Origin: Octopus vulgaris
Taxonomy: Eukaryota
Length of the DNA: 64,000 bases
Direction: 5' to 3'
Assembly: GCA_951406725.2 (NCBI GenBank)
Contig: OX597836.1
Location: 23,498,001-23,562,000 of the forward strand
Of the stretch, positions 1 through 14,902 are shown piece by piece. Positions within the stretch are counted from its first letter, which is position 1, and each line of letters starts with the position of its first letter. Made by a program: the position numbers and the translations under genes. The notes below the pieces were generated by a model that saw only the letters and a list, made by a program, of their open reading frames with translations, made no database searches and was not told where the DNA came from.

Positions 1-754
1 ACTTCTTGGAGATGAAAGGAAAATAACCAAAAATACTAATTAGAAATAGAAATTCTTGCTCTTTTAAAACCAAATCTTGAAGGAAATCAGGAAAGGAAAT
101 GACAGGTCTGCAGGGAGATGACACTTCCCTGCTTTTCAGCTCATGGGGAAAGGGTCATATGGAATCCAACCCTAATTTTAACCTGATGGCCCTTAGCCTC
201 TCTCCCCACACTACTTTTTGAAACCCATTTCCAGTATTGAAGAAAATGTTGATTATCTTAATGACTTCTACAAATATAAATCAAGATTTTAGAGAAGAGG
301 TGAAAGGAAGAATTTATAAACTTCTTACTTTTTGCAAAGTTATTAACAATCTCAGAGAAGTGATTAGATCTTCAAAGCTGGTCTCAAATTCACCTTCATA
401 AGTACTTTCCTGCTTTGATCCTCTGATGTTATCAGTAACAATGATAACTCTTGCTTTCTACATCATGTTTATCTGCATTCACTCCTTAATCTTGCTATAG
501 TTCTTGGAAGTAATTGCTAAAATACTTACATTGATAGGTAAACTTCATCTTATAAGAAACTCTATGCTTTTTTCTTAGAGAGATAGATAGATAGATAGAG
601 AGAGATAAAAAAAAAGGTAAATTCCGAAAATGCAAATACTGAAAAGTCCTCAAAAACTGGTTATTTGTCAGGGCAGTGTTTTTGCTTTGCTTTTTTTTTA
701 TTATTTATTCAACTATTATTCTTATTGTTTATTATTATTGTTGTTGCTTTTCAG

Positions 755-865
755 TGAAGTGCAAGCCTGACCAATTTGTATGTGATGACTTCTCCTGTAT
801 AAACAGTAGCCTGCGATGTGATGGGGTGATTCAGTGTCCTGATGGTTCTGACGAGCAGTCGTGTG
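755..865 (+). CDS. Protease exon 1 (in window): LDL-receptor class A repeat
   Basis: ttttcag|..[36 protein letters not shown] g|gtaag; phase 1-1. Confidence 0.9.
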
Positions 866-3800
866 GTAAGTGCAACTACCTTCTTTTTTCTCCCTTTCTT
901 TCTCCCTTTCTCTATTCATTCATCAATATTTCAGTTTTGCCCTTTGTCCTCCTTGTGGCAGTTTGGTTTAATTACTGGGAAAACCTCTTACAAGGCCTTC
1001 CTTTGGGAAATATCTCTCATAGTCTTCCCAACTCACTGTCAGTACTATTGCTGGCCGCACTGCATACACTAGATATATTTAATGTATGAAACTTTGCAGG
1101 AAGTGGGTATTGTAATATTTAGCCCCAGGGTAGCCATGATCAATAACACTTGTGGTCAAAAGCGTTCTCGCCATGTTCACCTGTCTTTTTCTTTTTAATT
1201 ATTCAGATATACTATAGGTAAATTTTCCTCTGAAAATTTACCGATTTGACTGCTATTTCTAGCAGTGTGAACAATTATGCAAAGGCTTTCTTGAAAGGCT
1301 CTGGAGTTGATTACCGTAGCAATTTACAATTGATCTTAGTGATTCGCTACCCTTTTCTACAATTGGTTGCTTACATCCAGGAAGCAGAGATTTTTAAATA
1401 AAAATTTGAAGCGTATACTCTTTATGGTGCCACTGGTTTATAAGTAACTGTTATAAAACATTCCAAGTTGAAAGCATTAATTCTGAGTTTTCATGGTCTA
1501 AACAGATGAAGCAAACAGAGTTATTTCTCTTGACTAATTTACAAGCTGTCGAGAAAAAGTCTTGGACTTTTCTCCTACTTGGAATTATAGTATAGCTGTT
1601 ACCTTTTAATATTTGGTTTATTCGGTGGAAAACAGTCAAGGTTTCAGATTTTAAAAGCACTCCACCTCTCTTTCTCTCTGTCTTTCTGTCTCTCTCACTC
1701 TCTCCCCCTCTCTCTCCTTCTCTCTCCCTCGCTCCCCCCCCCCCACAGAAGTAATGATAGCAAGGTTTGTTTAGTTGACCATGAGCAGGCATGGGTATCA
1801 AAGAGAAATACGGAATGGAGTAGGAAACGTTAACCAACAACGGTGGGGCTTAAGTCCCTTCAATAGACCAGTTGCTATTTTCTGTATGAAATTTGAGCTT
1901 TACTATATCTAATATCATTTGCTTTAACATCTTGGCAGTTATTTCATAATAATTATGGTGTATTGAACATGTATTAAAAAAAAAAAAAAGCTTAAATGTG
2001 TCTCTATTTTCTCTCTCTCACTCTCTCTTCTGTAGTATCCATTGAAGAAGATATGTTAAGTATCCGAATCAATGAAAAATTTTACCCAGTCTGTTACAGT
2101 CCAATGAGTGAGGAATTTGGCATTAAAGCCTGCAAGAAGCTTGGTATGGAGTAAGTAGTTCAAGTTATTATTTTCAGTCTTTTCAATCAAATTATCTTAT
2201 TGGCATCATCATCATCATCATCATCATCATTGTTTAACATCCGTTGTCCATGCTGGCATGAATCAGACAGTTTGACCAGTGCTGGCAAGTTGGAAGGCTG
2301 TACCAGACTCTAGTCTGATTTGGCATGGTTTCTGCAGCTGGATTCCTTCCTAACACCAACCACATGTTTGTATATTTTTTTTAGATAAACTAACTCTTAT
2401 AATTTCGTTTTTGGATTTGGTTTGCAAGATTCTTTATATGAGTTCGTGTGTTGAAGCATATTCTGTTGTGTCTGGGGAGAATCATTCTCTTTTAGTGCCT
2501 TAGAGAGTCAAGACTATTGAAAAGGTTGCAAGACGCAACGAAAATATTAGAAAATAAAAATAAGAAATAAGTGGAAATTTTACTGGTGAGTGTGTTAAAT
2601 AATAAAGCACAAAAAGAAAATGACTCTCCCCAGACACAACAGAATAACTCTTATAATAATATTATGTAAAGTTGAAACTGGAGTTACAAGACATTTATGA
2701 TACAAGAAGGAAATTACATCCTAGACTACAGAATGGAGTTCAGATTATAAACAAAGATCTTCTTATGCCACTCAACCCACAGATTCAGTGATAGCAACGT
2801 TGTTGCCCTAGACATCAACAAAGATGCTCATCATATCTAACATGTGAATCTCCTATTGAAACTTCCTGCCTTTTGGACTCCCTCCATCTCTCTTCTTCTT
2901 TTGAATTAATCACTCACTCTCATGTTGACAGAGCTCTTTCTATTTTGCTCTTACTCAACTCTGGTGTACTCCAGGCTTTGGTTTTATCCCCAAGTCTATT
3001 CCTTCACTACATCAATGACCTACTTGCTACCACATCCAACAATGCCCACACCTATGCAAATCATATAACCTGTCATTTCTCCCTAATTTTTGTCAACCAG
3101 TCAAAGTCTGCACTGACTCCATCAATGGGGACACTATCAACATCCTCTAGTTGGCCATTCCAATCTTGTCCCTTTTATCAGTTTTGTAGATATTAGTTGA
3201 AAATGGTTGGTGAGTGGACATGTTCTTGCCATATTCCATTTAGCAAATTGTAAGTTCTGGAAGACTTGTTCTTTTATATTACACAGGCTCATCAAACTTT
3301 GCTGTTTGAAAGCCAGCATTTTGAATTATTTATAAAGGTGATGTTTGGAATTGTTTTATATAAGTGAACAGTGAAGAATGGACGAGAAAACTTTGTTTGT
3401 GTCAATGGTAGTTAAAATGGTACATCGATTATTATGTTTTATATTTGCAAGTAGTGTTGGGGTTTGAATGTACTGGTCTGACTCCCTTGTGGGATTTGGA
3501 AAGGGAGATGTATTGGTTAATAATGTCAAGTATGTCTAGAATTTTTGAGGCCTGATTGTGATGGGTCTGTATGACATAACTTCATTTGGGTTTTTGCTGA
3601 GATTTAGAAATGTGATATAATGCAACTTGTACATTGAAGAAGTTTAACAGTGTTGGTATGAATCATGGTAGATGTTGGTGAATATGGTTATTCCTTCTGG
3701 CCCTAGGGATTTTATGTGTATGTGATTTTGTTTGGCCTTGCGGCTTATCAGTTTTTAGATTCTCCCATTTTTCTTTTTTGGTGTCCAATGGAAGGAAAGG

Positions 3801-4729
3801 GTCAAAGGTCATGGAATAGTTGGAAGGTGCGTATTTTTAATTTGTGTTCCTGCCTTTTTGGTGTGGTTTTCAGTGGTGGCCATGTTTTTAAGAACTATCT
3901 GGAGAGGACGTTTGCCTGGTGTTGCAGTGTGTGCATATTAAGATTGTTGTAGTTGTTGTTTAGCCCAAGATCAACCTGTATCAAGCAAACTTATGTTCTA
4001 AGTTGTTCCATTGATGACCATCCTGTGCTTTTGGTTATCAGAGAAAACATTGTCTAGTGTGGTCTTGCTTTATAAAGTCAATAGAGTGGGACATGTTGTG
4101 ATTTGGTTTTATTTCTAGCTGATGAAATTCCTCATAGAGGCTAGCTTGTTGTTAATGATCCATTCTATCATTGTTATTAATTATGCAGTTAATTACTCTA
4201 ATTCCTCTTATTTTACTTTTTGTTTTCTTGTTTCTATTTCATACAAATGCCTTCTAAGGTTTCTTTATTTTCTTTCTGTTATTTCCAGTTTCTGTTATTT
4301 GATGCCAAGTTTTATGTGTTGCTGTCAGTGTTTCCTTCTTTTATGGGGCTGGCTTTCTTTGATGTGTTATTGCAGTTGTATTTTATATGTTATTCAACAC
4401 CCTTCTTTTTACTGGGGTCACATCTATTACTATTGTTTATTATTTGAATGTATGGAGTGCAGTATCTATGTTTGCAATTGTGGCATTTGAATTCTGCAAA
4501 CCTTGCTTCTATTTTTCTGATTCAACTCATTTCACTGGACTCTTTTCTTTTTAAATTTGTAAATGTGCTTTTGCTTTCTTCATTGATCTGTGAGTGTAGC
4601 AGGATTAATGTGTGGGACTATATATATATATATATATACACACATATATATACATATATATAAACATATATATATATAAATATCACCGTTTGATTTGCCT
4701 AATAGTGGTTTTATCTCTAATTTAATATA

Positions 4730-4760
<31 letters not shown>

Positions 4761-4950
4761 CAAGATAAGAAAATGGAGAAATACATCTAAATCAAATATC
4801 AATTACCAGATAATACTCAATCACATATTTTATTGAACCACCACATAAGAGACTGTAGGGTTAAATATAAAAAGCAGACCAAATCAGTGTACATAAAGGA
4901 ATGTGCATGTTATCCCTTAGAGGGTTGCATTTACAACCCCTATCTCAATT

Positions 4951-4989
<39 letters not shown>

Positions 4990-6423
4990 ATGAAAAAATA
5001 TTGCAATTCAAATGTATTACTTTCCAGTAAAATAATGCCCCATAAGTGTAGAAGTATAAATATAAATACAGATGAGTGGTACAACAAGGCACCAATATTT
5101 ACTGGAAATAGCAGTCGATACAAATATGACACTATTGTAAAGCTTCACTGCATATATACTGACAAAGACGTGTGAGTGCAACAAACTACATATATATATA
5201 AATATATACGTAGTTACTGAATTTAGGAGGATGTCTAAGAAATCCAGTTTTTATGTTGGTATTCATGAAGAGGATGTTTTTCAGTTGGGATATAAGCTTT
5301 TAATTGTAGTGACATCCTCATCTTCTTTCTCCTCCTTATCATCATCTTCATCAGCCTTCTTTTCCGCAAACCACAAACCAACAGGAGCACAAGTATACAG
5401 TCACCCAGCTTGCTCAGTGGAGGAACCAAAATTTCCCTCACAAACGTTCTTATCTTTCTTTCCCTTAAAGAGTTAAATTGTTAATATCTACCTCTGACCC
5501 CCTCCATCATCATCATCATCATCATCATCACTGTCTACATGATTCCTACTATAACTATTATTATAACAATTATTGCTGTGCTTGTTTAATTTGCTGGTTC
5601 TCCATAAATAATAATAATATAAAAATAAAAACGAAAGTCAGATTGAGTTCAGTTTTCAATTCACCGAATGTTTTCCGTCTCATTGCTTGGATTTCCCCTG
5701 TCTGTTGTTTCTGTTGACAATCTACGCATTAATTTTGCCATTGATATTCTTGTGTTTCTGCTAATTTATCCGCTATGCTCTCTTTACTCTCTTTTGCAGA
5801 TCATTCAGGAATATTACTGCAGTAGTTACTAGATATCATGCAACATTTGCACATCTCCAGAACAAGTCTACCACAGATTCAATTACCTCAGTTTTTGGTC
5901 CAGCAGTTTTAAAGTAAGCCAACCTCAGTTGAAGATTTTGACAGGGCATGGATAGGGTCAAGCAGTGCAAAGCATTGAACCTGCTGAAGCAGATTGATTC
6001 TTCAGCCAGTTGATAAGCTCTTGCTTGCAGGTTCACAGCTGATGCATTCTACTATTAGATAGCCTATGGATGAATTCTTGCTATTGGTCATATGACCTTC
6101 AAATACACATGCATATATATTTTGAAAATTCTTCCACATGGTATCACATGGAGATTTTAGTGTTGTTTGTTGCTGGCAATATTGTTATTGTAAACGATTC
6201 CATCGTCCAAAGAGCTTTGCAAAATGCTAATTTCTTTTTAAAGATGGAAGAAATAAAAAGATGCAACAATCATAACTTGCTCTATGATAGTCACCATAGG
6301 TTTATAAGATATTATAGACTAACAAACTGACACCCCTAAACCACCCCAGGGTAAGGCATGAATCATCTGAACTTTCAGCCTCAGCAACTGAAACTGGACA
6401 CAACTGGATAGTTCAACATTTCC

Positions 6424-6478
<55 letters not shown>

Positions 6479-6639
6479 CACAGGTGTGGATGTGTGACAA
6501 GAAGCTTGCTTCCCAAGCACCTAGCTCTGGGTTCTGTCCCACTGTGTGGCACCTTGGGCAAGTGTCTTCTACTATAGCCTGAGGCTGACCAAAGCCTTGT
6601 GAGCGGATTTGGTAGATGGAAACTGAAAGAAGCCCATCG

Positions 6640-6710
<71 letters not shown>

Positions 6711-6846
6711 GTGTGTGTGTGTATATATATGTGTGTGTGTGTGTATATATATGTGTGTGTGTGTGTATATATGTGTGTGTGTGTGTATATATATGTGTGT
6801 GTGTGTGTATATATATGTGTGTGTGTATATATATGTGTGTGTATAT

Positions 6847-6932
<86 letters not shown>

Positions 6933-9900
6933 GTGTGTGTGTGTATATATATATATATGTGTGTGTGTGTATATATATATATGTGTGTGTGTGTGTATAT
7001 ATATATGTGTGTATGTGTGTGTGTGCGTGTGTCTGTGTTTGTCCCCCCACCATCGCTTGACAACCAATGTTGATGTGTTTACGTCCCCATAATTTAACAG
7101 TTCAGCAAAAAAGACCGATAAAATAAATACCAGGCTTACAAAGAATAAGTACAGGTGTTGATTTCTTTGACTAAAAAGGTGGTGATCCAACATGGCCACA
7201 GTCAAAATGACCATAACAAGTAAAATAACAAAAGAATGTATATATATTCTAGAGAAGGAAGGCAGAAGCTTTGCTGAGATTGAGTTGTTGCCATTTTGAA
7301 GTTCTTGTGATTATTGTTACTTTGTTTAATGATTCAGATCATTATTGTTTCTTTTATATTCTTTATTTCTGTATTCCAGGAATAACTGTTCAAATTCCCA
7401 GGTAATCCGAATCTCCTGCCAGCCAAGATGTGAGTATTTAATGACTTCAAATTTTTTTCTTTTTCTGGGCAACATGAACCTTTTTTTAGGATGTGACTTG
7501 TATATATTTTATCGGTTCCTTCAGCTTAAAAATTTACTCCAATGCTTTTGTGAATTGAAGTGCTTGTTGCCTAAAACTAGCACTCTGAGATTCTGACTGT
7601 AATGGAATGAAACTCAGAATATTTCATAGGATTGCAGTACCATCCTGAAAAGACATGATTGCATCCATTTTATAAAATACCAATCCAAAAGTGGAGGTGA
7701 CCAGCTAATTAAACTATTGGACTACTTCCCAAATCTATTCTTAATTCTTCACCAAATATCTCTGCAAATATTTTATAGTTTTCTGTTTTGCATTGATGAA
7801 AATGATTCCTAGTGACTTTTCATTCATTCTCTGCTGCTGGCCAAACTAGTGCAAACCAATTCTATAATTCTTGTCTGTTTCTCATTTGTCAATAATATCT
7901 GTTTATTTGCAGCCTGTGGGATTGCTCCATTGTTCAACACATTCTCAAAACATGTATCGTCATATGTTCCAATGATTGTTGGTGGTTCTGATGCAGAACC
8001 TGGTAAAATTCCATGGCATGCTTTCCTGTTAATAGGAAAAACTCTTTGCAGTGGTTCCATCATCACAGAGTACTTCATTCTCACAGCTGCACATTGCGTC
8101 AGGCAAGTAAATATACTGAAAAATTTCTTCTCACAAAGAACATCAAACTATTTAGTTAATGTTTTATGGATGGATTGAGGTAGAGTTTGTTGCATCAACT
8201 TGAATATTAAACCCATGGACTCTTGGTAGACAATAAAATCCTGGTATAGTTTGAAACTCAGTTCTCAAGCAACACTGATTGTAACAAAACTATATTGTTA
8301 AAGCTATATGTAAATTTTGAAGTGTGTATAGGTTTAAAATGCATTATATTTAATGTCTACACGTTGTTTGAGTTTTATGAAATGTAAAGGGTAATGATTG
8401 AAGACCCCCTTTGGTCATGAATGACCATGAGATTGCACCCAGAAAGTTCCCCTCTGAGGCACAAGTCCAGGCAAGGTTGTTAATGGAAGACCAGCAGTCA
8501 CCCATGCATACCAGCCTCCCCTCTGCTCACCACTGATGTTATCCGAGGGAAAAGGAAAGGCCAATACAGTGGCACCAGTGACATTGCAACTCATTTCTAC
8601 AGCTGAGTGAACTGGAGCAACATGACATAAAGTGTCTTGCTCAAGAACACAACACACAGCCCAGTCCAGGAATTGAACTCACAACCTGTTGATTGTGATC
8701 CCAATACTCTAACCACTGAGCCATGCACCTTATGAAATGTATACATGTAGTATTAAACAGAACAGATATAGTATGAATGTGATTTTAAAGTTAAATAGTT
8801 TAAACATGTGGAAGCTTCTTTCGCAAACTGGAAATAATGTGTTTTGATATATTAATCACTGGAAGGGAGGCTGTGGTCTTGAATTTTATAAACCCTCCCA
8901 AACTAGGAAAATTGATATGACTAATACCCAACCTGAACATCCACCAGCAAAAATATGGTTGGCAAGGGAATAATGTCTAAATGCTAACAACAAAATAAGT
9001 TTTGCCAAAGTTATTCAGAGACCATACAGGGGTGTTAAACCAGGCAGTGTTACACCTTAAAAGTTAAGTGTTCCACCCAAAGTTAGTTTGTAGAAAGAAG
9101 ATTCTGTGAAGTATACATAAGAAATTTGATACTTCCTAAAAGGAAGTGCATTGAGAGCAAAATGTTTCTAAATACTGGAGAAAAATTACTTTAACCTGAA
9201 GTATTAAATGTTGGGCATTAATTTGCATGACAGATGGGGAGGAAGTAGGCTGAAAAAATGATTGGGCATGAAAAGTTAATGTATGCAGGAGAAATAATAG
9301 CATTGTTGGTAGCATGTAATGTAAATCAACAAGGAATTAAGAGGGCAAAAGACTGTATGTTGAAAGTTCTAGGTAGACATGATAAAGAAAAACATGAGTA
9401 AAACTAGTAAGTTCAAAATGTTGTGCATGGCAAACAAAATAACAAAAAATTAAGATGGATGTGGAAATATTGTCTGTTAGTGTGGGGGAAAATGGAAGCT
9501 AAAATGTTGATGTTTATTATGATGGTGATGATATATATTTCCAGTGGATTCAAACCAGAGTCGATAGAAGTTTACCTTGGTGTGTATAATATCTCCAAAG
9601 TGGAACCTCACCGTGTAGTGAAGAAAGTGCAGCGTATCGTATCACATGACTTCATATGGGTACCAAAGAATGATATTGCACTGCTGCAGCTGGAAACACC
9701 AATTCAATTCACTAACTATATACAGCCAATCTGCCTAATTGGCAAAGATGACATTTTCACCTTTGCCTCAAGTTGTCATGCCTCTGGCTTTGGACACACT
9801 TCTTCAAAGAATCCTGGTAAGTTATCCATGCTATTCATTCCCACACTTCAACCTTATGTTGTTACTATCTCCTGAAACCAATCCCCAGGCTGATCCTTGT

Positions 9901-12900
9901 CATTGCTTACCAAACCACACCCTGTTTTATGTCTTCTCAAATCCTTTACTGCCACCTTGCCATATATTCCACTCCTTTATCCTACCACAGTTTTCCTTGC
10001 TCTCATCAAACTTCGCTTGTTATTGCTCTTCTATATTACACTGCATCTTCACTACTGCTACCATACACTAAATCACCACTCACTAGTTAAAGTTGTTAAA
10101 GTGTACAAATTTGACCTATTGAAAGAAATTCTCCAACATTTTCTGCTTAACAGTAAACAAAGTGCTTGGGTCCTTTTAGAAAAAGAATCCAGCTGTATAA
10201 TATAATTTCTTTCTCAATTTTCACATGAATTTTCTCAGTGATGACAGTAAAAAGAGAAAGAATTTCAAACTCAAGTGTATTGTGTCTCATAACTTTACAA
10301 ATGAAAGCATTTCAGTTTCACTGATTGTATTCAGCCAATGTAATGAGCTGGCAAAGATGACATTTAGTAGAAGAATGCCACATGTTGGGTTGAAGGAATG
10401 TAAAAGGAAAAACCCCAAACCCTACAAAGAATTGTATGCACTGTGTTGAGCATATGTTAAATGTGAAAAACAAGAAATTATTAAGATGAAAATGTTAATC
10501 AATTGGAATTTGTTGAAATGTTTAAAATAATTAGGTATAAAATACATGCCTATGAAAGACTTAAATCTAGATCAAGTGCTGCCATAACTAACAGACATCT
10601 GAAGTCTGGAAGAGGATTCTTTTTTCAAAATAAACTGCCATCATCTGCTTTACAGATGATTGTTTGATGTATGACCCACAAAGTAAGGCACCAAAAGTGT
10701 TATAACACATTTGCTTTTTAAGTGTTTTACTGCACAATTAAAACAAATATTAAAACCATTTTAAAACCGAGATGGATAGAGACATTGCAGTTTGTTGCAG
10801 AGAAATGCACTCATGTAATGCATTAAAAAAAAAAGAATACAGTTTTCTAAAAATCCTGCTATCTTTTGACTTGTCTCAAAAACTCATGGAACAATTGTGG
10901 ATCATACATGGCACAACTGCCAACTATATGTAGCACACCTGTGGAGCACATGTGCCCACCCGTGGGCCATACGAATGCATTGCAACACACTGATTGAAAA
11001 ATGTCTAATCTATACGTTTAATGTGTGGTGCCCCTAAGCTAAGTGCTTAAATAATTAATAACAATAAATGGAAAAGGATAAATTTCTCAATGGTCAGCAT
11101 TGTATTTGCTTTCTGTTTGGTGTTGAAGAAGAAAACATGTGGCAACCAACTTTTAAACAACCATTTTTGAAACTTTATTGCATTTGCTTTTTATTTTTAG
11201 AATGTTGAATATTTAAAAAAAAAAGTATAATTTGTAGACATTAACTGAATTAGGAAACCTTACCGGAATTTTATCTTTCTTGTAGTTCCTTCTAAAACAT
11301 TGCAAATGGCCAAAATGTCACTTTGGCAGACTAAGAAGTGTAACAGTACTCATGTTTGGGATGGTCGAATTAAAACTAGCATTTGTGCTGGACATTACTC
11401 TGCACAAGTTGCTGTCTGTCTGGTGAGTTGGTTTACATTTTCCAGTATAGATCACACTTCTAATTTATACCTTCTCTATAAATAAGACACATTGTCTAAC
11501 TACATCAAATACTTTTGATTTGGGCTGTAGTTTGGGGTCGGTCTTGGTTCAAGAATGAGTGCTTAGAGCTCTGTACCAACTTGTTAGGCACTCACAGATT
11601 TTAATGCCATTTACAGAAAATAAGTAAGAGATGTGGCATATATTAACTCTAATTTTCCTTTTCTAAAGGTTGTTTCAGGATACATTTAGGGTTTTAACAG
11701 GGAATGAGGCACTGGGATGGATCAGATACTGTTTTGTGAATGTTTAAGCTCAACCTGTTCTGGCTGATAACAAGATGTTTTCAGCTAAAGTAAGATAGAT
11801 TCTGCAAGTTTCAGTGACCAGAATCCATTTCGATAATAAATATATATACCAGACTGTGAACAAGTGAATTCTAGTGTGATATGATAAAAAAAATCTCATA
11901 AAACCAAAGATTTCATAAAACCAGAATCTTTAGTTTTAAAAACAAGAAGTTCATCAGTCACTGAATGGATGGCATTCTTGGAAATACACAAGACAATACA
12001 CGGAAACCATTAGAAATATATATTCTTCCACAAACACACAACCATACCTGCAGTTGATAAAATCTGGCAATCTCTCCTGCTGACCTGTTATTTTATCTAC
12101 TTTGATTTTAAGGCACAAAACACCCCCTACTAATAAACACATTTCCCTTTCTAATATAAACAAATAAACAATATATAACAGGCGCAGGAGTGGCTGTGTG
12201 GTAAGTAGCTTGCTAACCAACCACATGGTTCCGGGTTCAGCCCCACTGCGTGGCATCTTGGGCAAGTGTCTTCAGCTATAGCCCCGGACTGACCAATGCC
12301 TTGTGAGTGGATTTGGTAGACGGAAACTGAAAGAAGCCTGTCGTATATATGTATATATATATATAAGTGTGTGTGTATATGTTTGTGTGTCTGTGTTTGT
12401 CCCCCTAGCATTGCTTGACAACCGATGCTGGTGTGTTTACGTCCCCGTCACTTAGTGGTTCGGCAAAAGAGACCGATAGAATAAGTACTGGGCTTACAAA
12501 GAATAAGTCCTGGGGTCGATTTGCTCGACTAAAGGCGGTGCTCCAGCATGGCCGCAGTCAAATGACTGAAACAGGTAAAAGAGTAAAGAGTAAAGAGAAA
12601 CAGTATATCATACACAAAAAAAGCACAACATATTAAAAAGGCCATCAAATCTTGAGCTTACTCAGCTATTTACTATGGGAAACAAAAGAATATTATTCCA
12701 ATTGGTGTGACCATTAGCTGAAGATGTAAAATTTAGTGGAGAAGATGTCTGAAGAATACTAAAAGATTGAACGGTCACTGAACGTTCCCTGATCTGTTGC
12801 TTGATCAATTGTTTCAGGTTCCATTCTGGGATTTCAGAAACTACTGAAGAAGTTCCTATTAATAAAACAGTTATAAAGTTATGCTGAAGTATTTTTGCAA

Positions 12901-13747
12901 GTCATTTATTACTATAATGACTGTTGGAATGTTGGTAGCATATACCAGATGTAGCTCATCCAATTAACTGTGGGGAATATTCTCAGGTTGATGGTTATAA
13001 CTGGGGTAATTGTTATGATTTTCTGATGGTGATTGGTAACTATATTGGTGCCCATGATAATTAGTATTGGTAATTAAATGTGACATATTGTTCCAGGGTG
13101 ACAGCGGAGGGCCTCTTTGGTGTGAAGATGAATTTGGACTTGCAAAGCTAGTGGGAATCACTAGTTTCGTTGCTGATACTTGTGACAAACCTGGAAAACC
13201 TGGCGTGTTTACTGATGTCAAACTATACTTACCATGGATTGAGGAGAAAACTGGTATGTAGCATTGCAAACTGCCCTTACAGAATTTAAATAATGTGAAT
13301 AAATTGGCTTAAGTTTTCTTTCAGAATAAAGATTTAGCAAATACTCACACACTTATTCATGTGAGAAGAGATCCAGAGGAGAAGAATTATTGAATCATTT
13401 GATAGTTATATCTCATTAAAATAGTCTGTGGTGTACAAACAATGCTTTTCTTAATTATAATGTACAGTAATAAACTGCCTTTCTCATTGACAATATCCTG
13501 TGGGCTAGTTTCTACAGACATAGATACATTTTCTCTCTTCTTTTCTCTCCCCACCAGGGAAATGTATCACCATTAATTTTATAACAATGTGTATTTTTGA
13601 TATTTCAGCTTGTGCATTTAAATGTAGGGACCATTCTTGTTTGTTTGACAAAGCCCTTGTTTGTGACAGAAAACCTGATTGTCCAGATAAGAGTGATGAA
13701 GATATTTGTGGTAAGCACAATATACACATGTAAATTTCTAAAAGCTA

Positions 13748-13778
<31 letters not shown>

Positions 13779-14867
13779 CTATAAGCATTGATTATGTCCT
13801 CTTCAAATTTGTTTAGAGTCCACGCTTTGCAACCATAAATGCCTGTTGGACCAATGAATGCCTTGCTTTTAACTTAGGACACCTTTTGCTGCTCCAGATA
13901 TTATTCATTGAGTACTGTTTCCACATTAGTCTTGTTTTTCTCTTTGGTTTATCTGAAAAACTGGTCTTAATTAAGATCAATCTCTATACCCATTCCCATT
14001 AAATAGATTCAGTCATCTAGCCACAACTTGGGAAATCGATGTTGAGGGATGATAATGATTGAACCAGTTCTTATTTGGATTTTTTTTTATGGAAAGAATT
14101 TTGGTTCTTTGCTATTCTTAACCTGTACTTAGCTCTTCCGATTGTCAAGAGGCTTTTTCCTTTTGTGAAAATTCCTGTTTGTTTGAGCAGAGACTTTTTC
14201 ATAAGTGATCTATTGATCTCTGTTTATTAATTTTGTTCTGATCATTATTTCTTCTGTTTTCTTTATTATTTATGATCGATTTTTCTTCAATATTGGTTTC
14301 TGCTAGTCCAATGTTTTGTGTGCTTTTTACTGTTTATTATTAAGTCTTTTAGTATATTTTAGTTCCAACTTACTGTTTGCAGGTTTATTTCCATGGAAAT
14401 GTCTTTTGAGATTTTATTATTCATCATATTTTTTTGGTGCATTTTACTGCAATTTCCAGAATTTTTCTGTGGTAATTTAATTATATTTTGAGGGTCTATT
14501 TTTTGATACATTTGTTATTTAATCTGTGACAACTTCTTTTTGTATTTAATGCATTCTGTTGTGTTGCTTTTATTGGTTTCAGGCAGTTTTCCATTTTTTT
14601 ACTTTAGCTATTACTTATTTTGTTTTATTTTATGTACATTTTATATGAATTGTTCTTTTTGTTTCTCTGATTGCTTCTCCATGCACAATAAATCTTCATG
14701 CAGGAGTGGCTGTGTGGTAAGTAGCTTGTTTACCAACCACATGGTTCCGGGTTCAGTCCCACTGCGTGGCACCTTGGGCAAGTGTCTTCTATTATAGCCT
14801 CGGGCTGACCAAAGCCTTGTGAGTGGATTTGGTAGACGGAAACTGAAAGAAGCCCATCGTATATATG

Positions 14868-14902
<35 letters not shown>

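Noticed and set aside
6319-7214. Long HT/YI/CV-rich ORFs (also at 42424-43087, 48416-48881, 54373-55071, 57747-60429, 62822-63203)
   Set aside because: Translations of dinucleotide and tetranucleotide microsatellites, which lack stop codons.
10400-11010. Possible hAT transposon remnant
   Set aside because: Too degenerate to define TIRs or a translatable motif with confidence.
12181-12255. tRNA-like sequences (also at 44278 and 8660-8730)
   Set aside because: These are SINE heads followed by SINE bodies; no intact cloverleaf.
12840-12880. CTGAAGA...AAAACAG hammerhead-like spacing
   Set aside because: Lacks G12 and paired stems.
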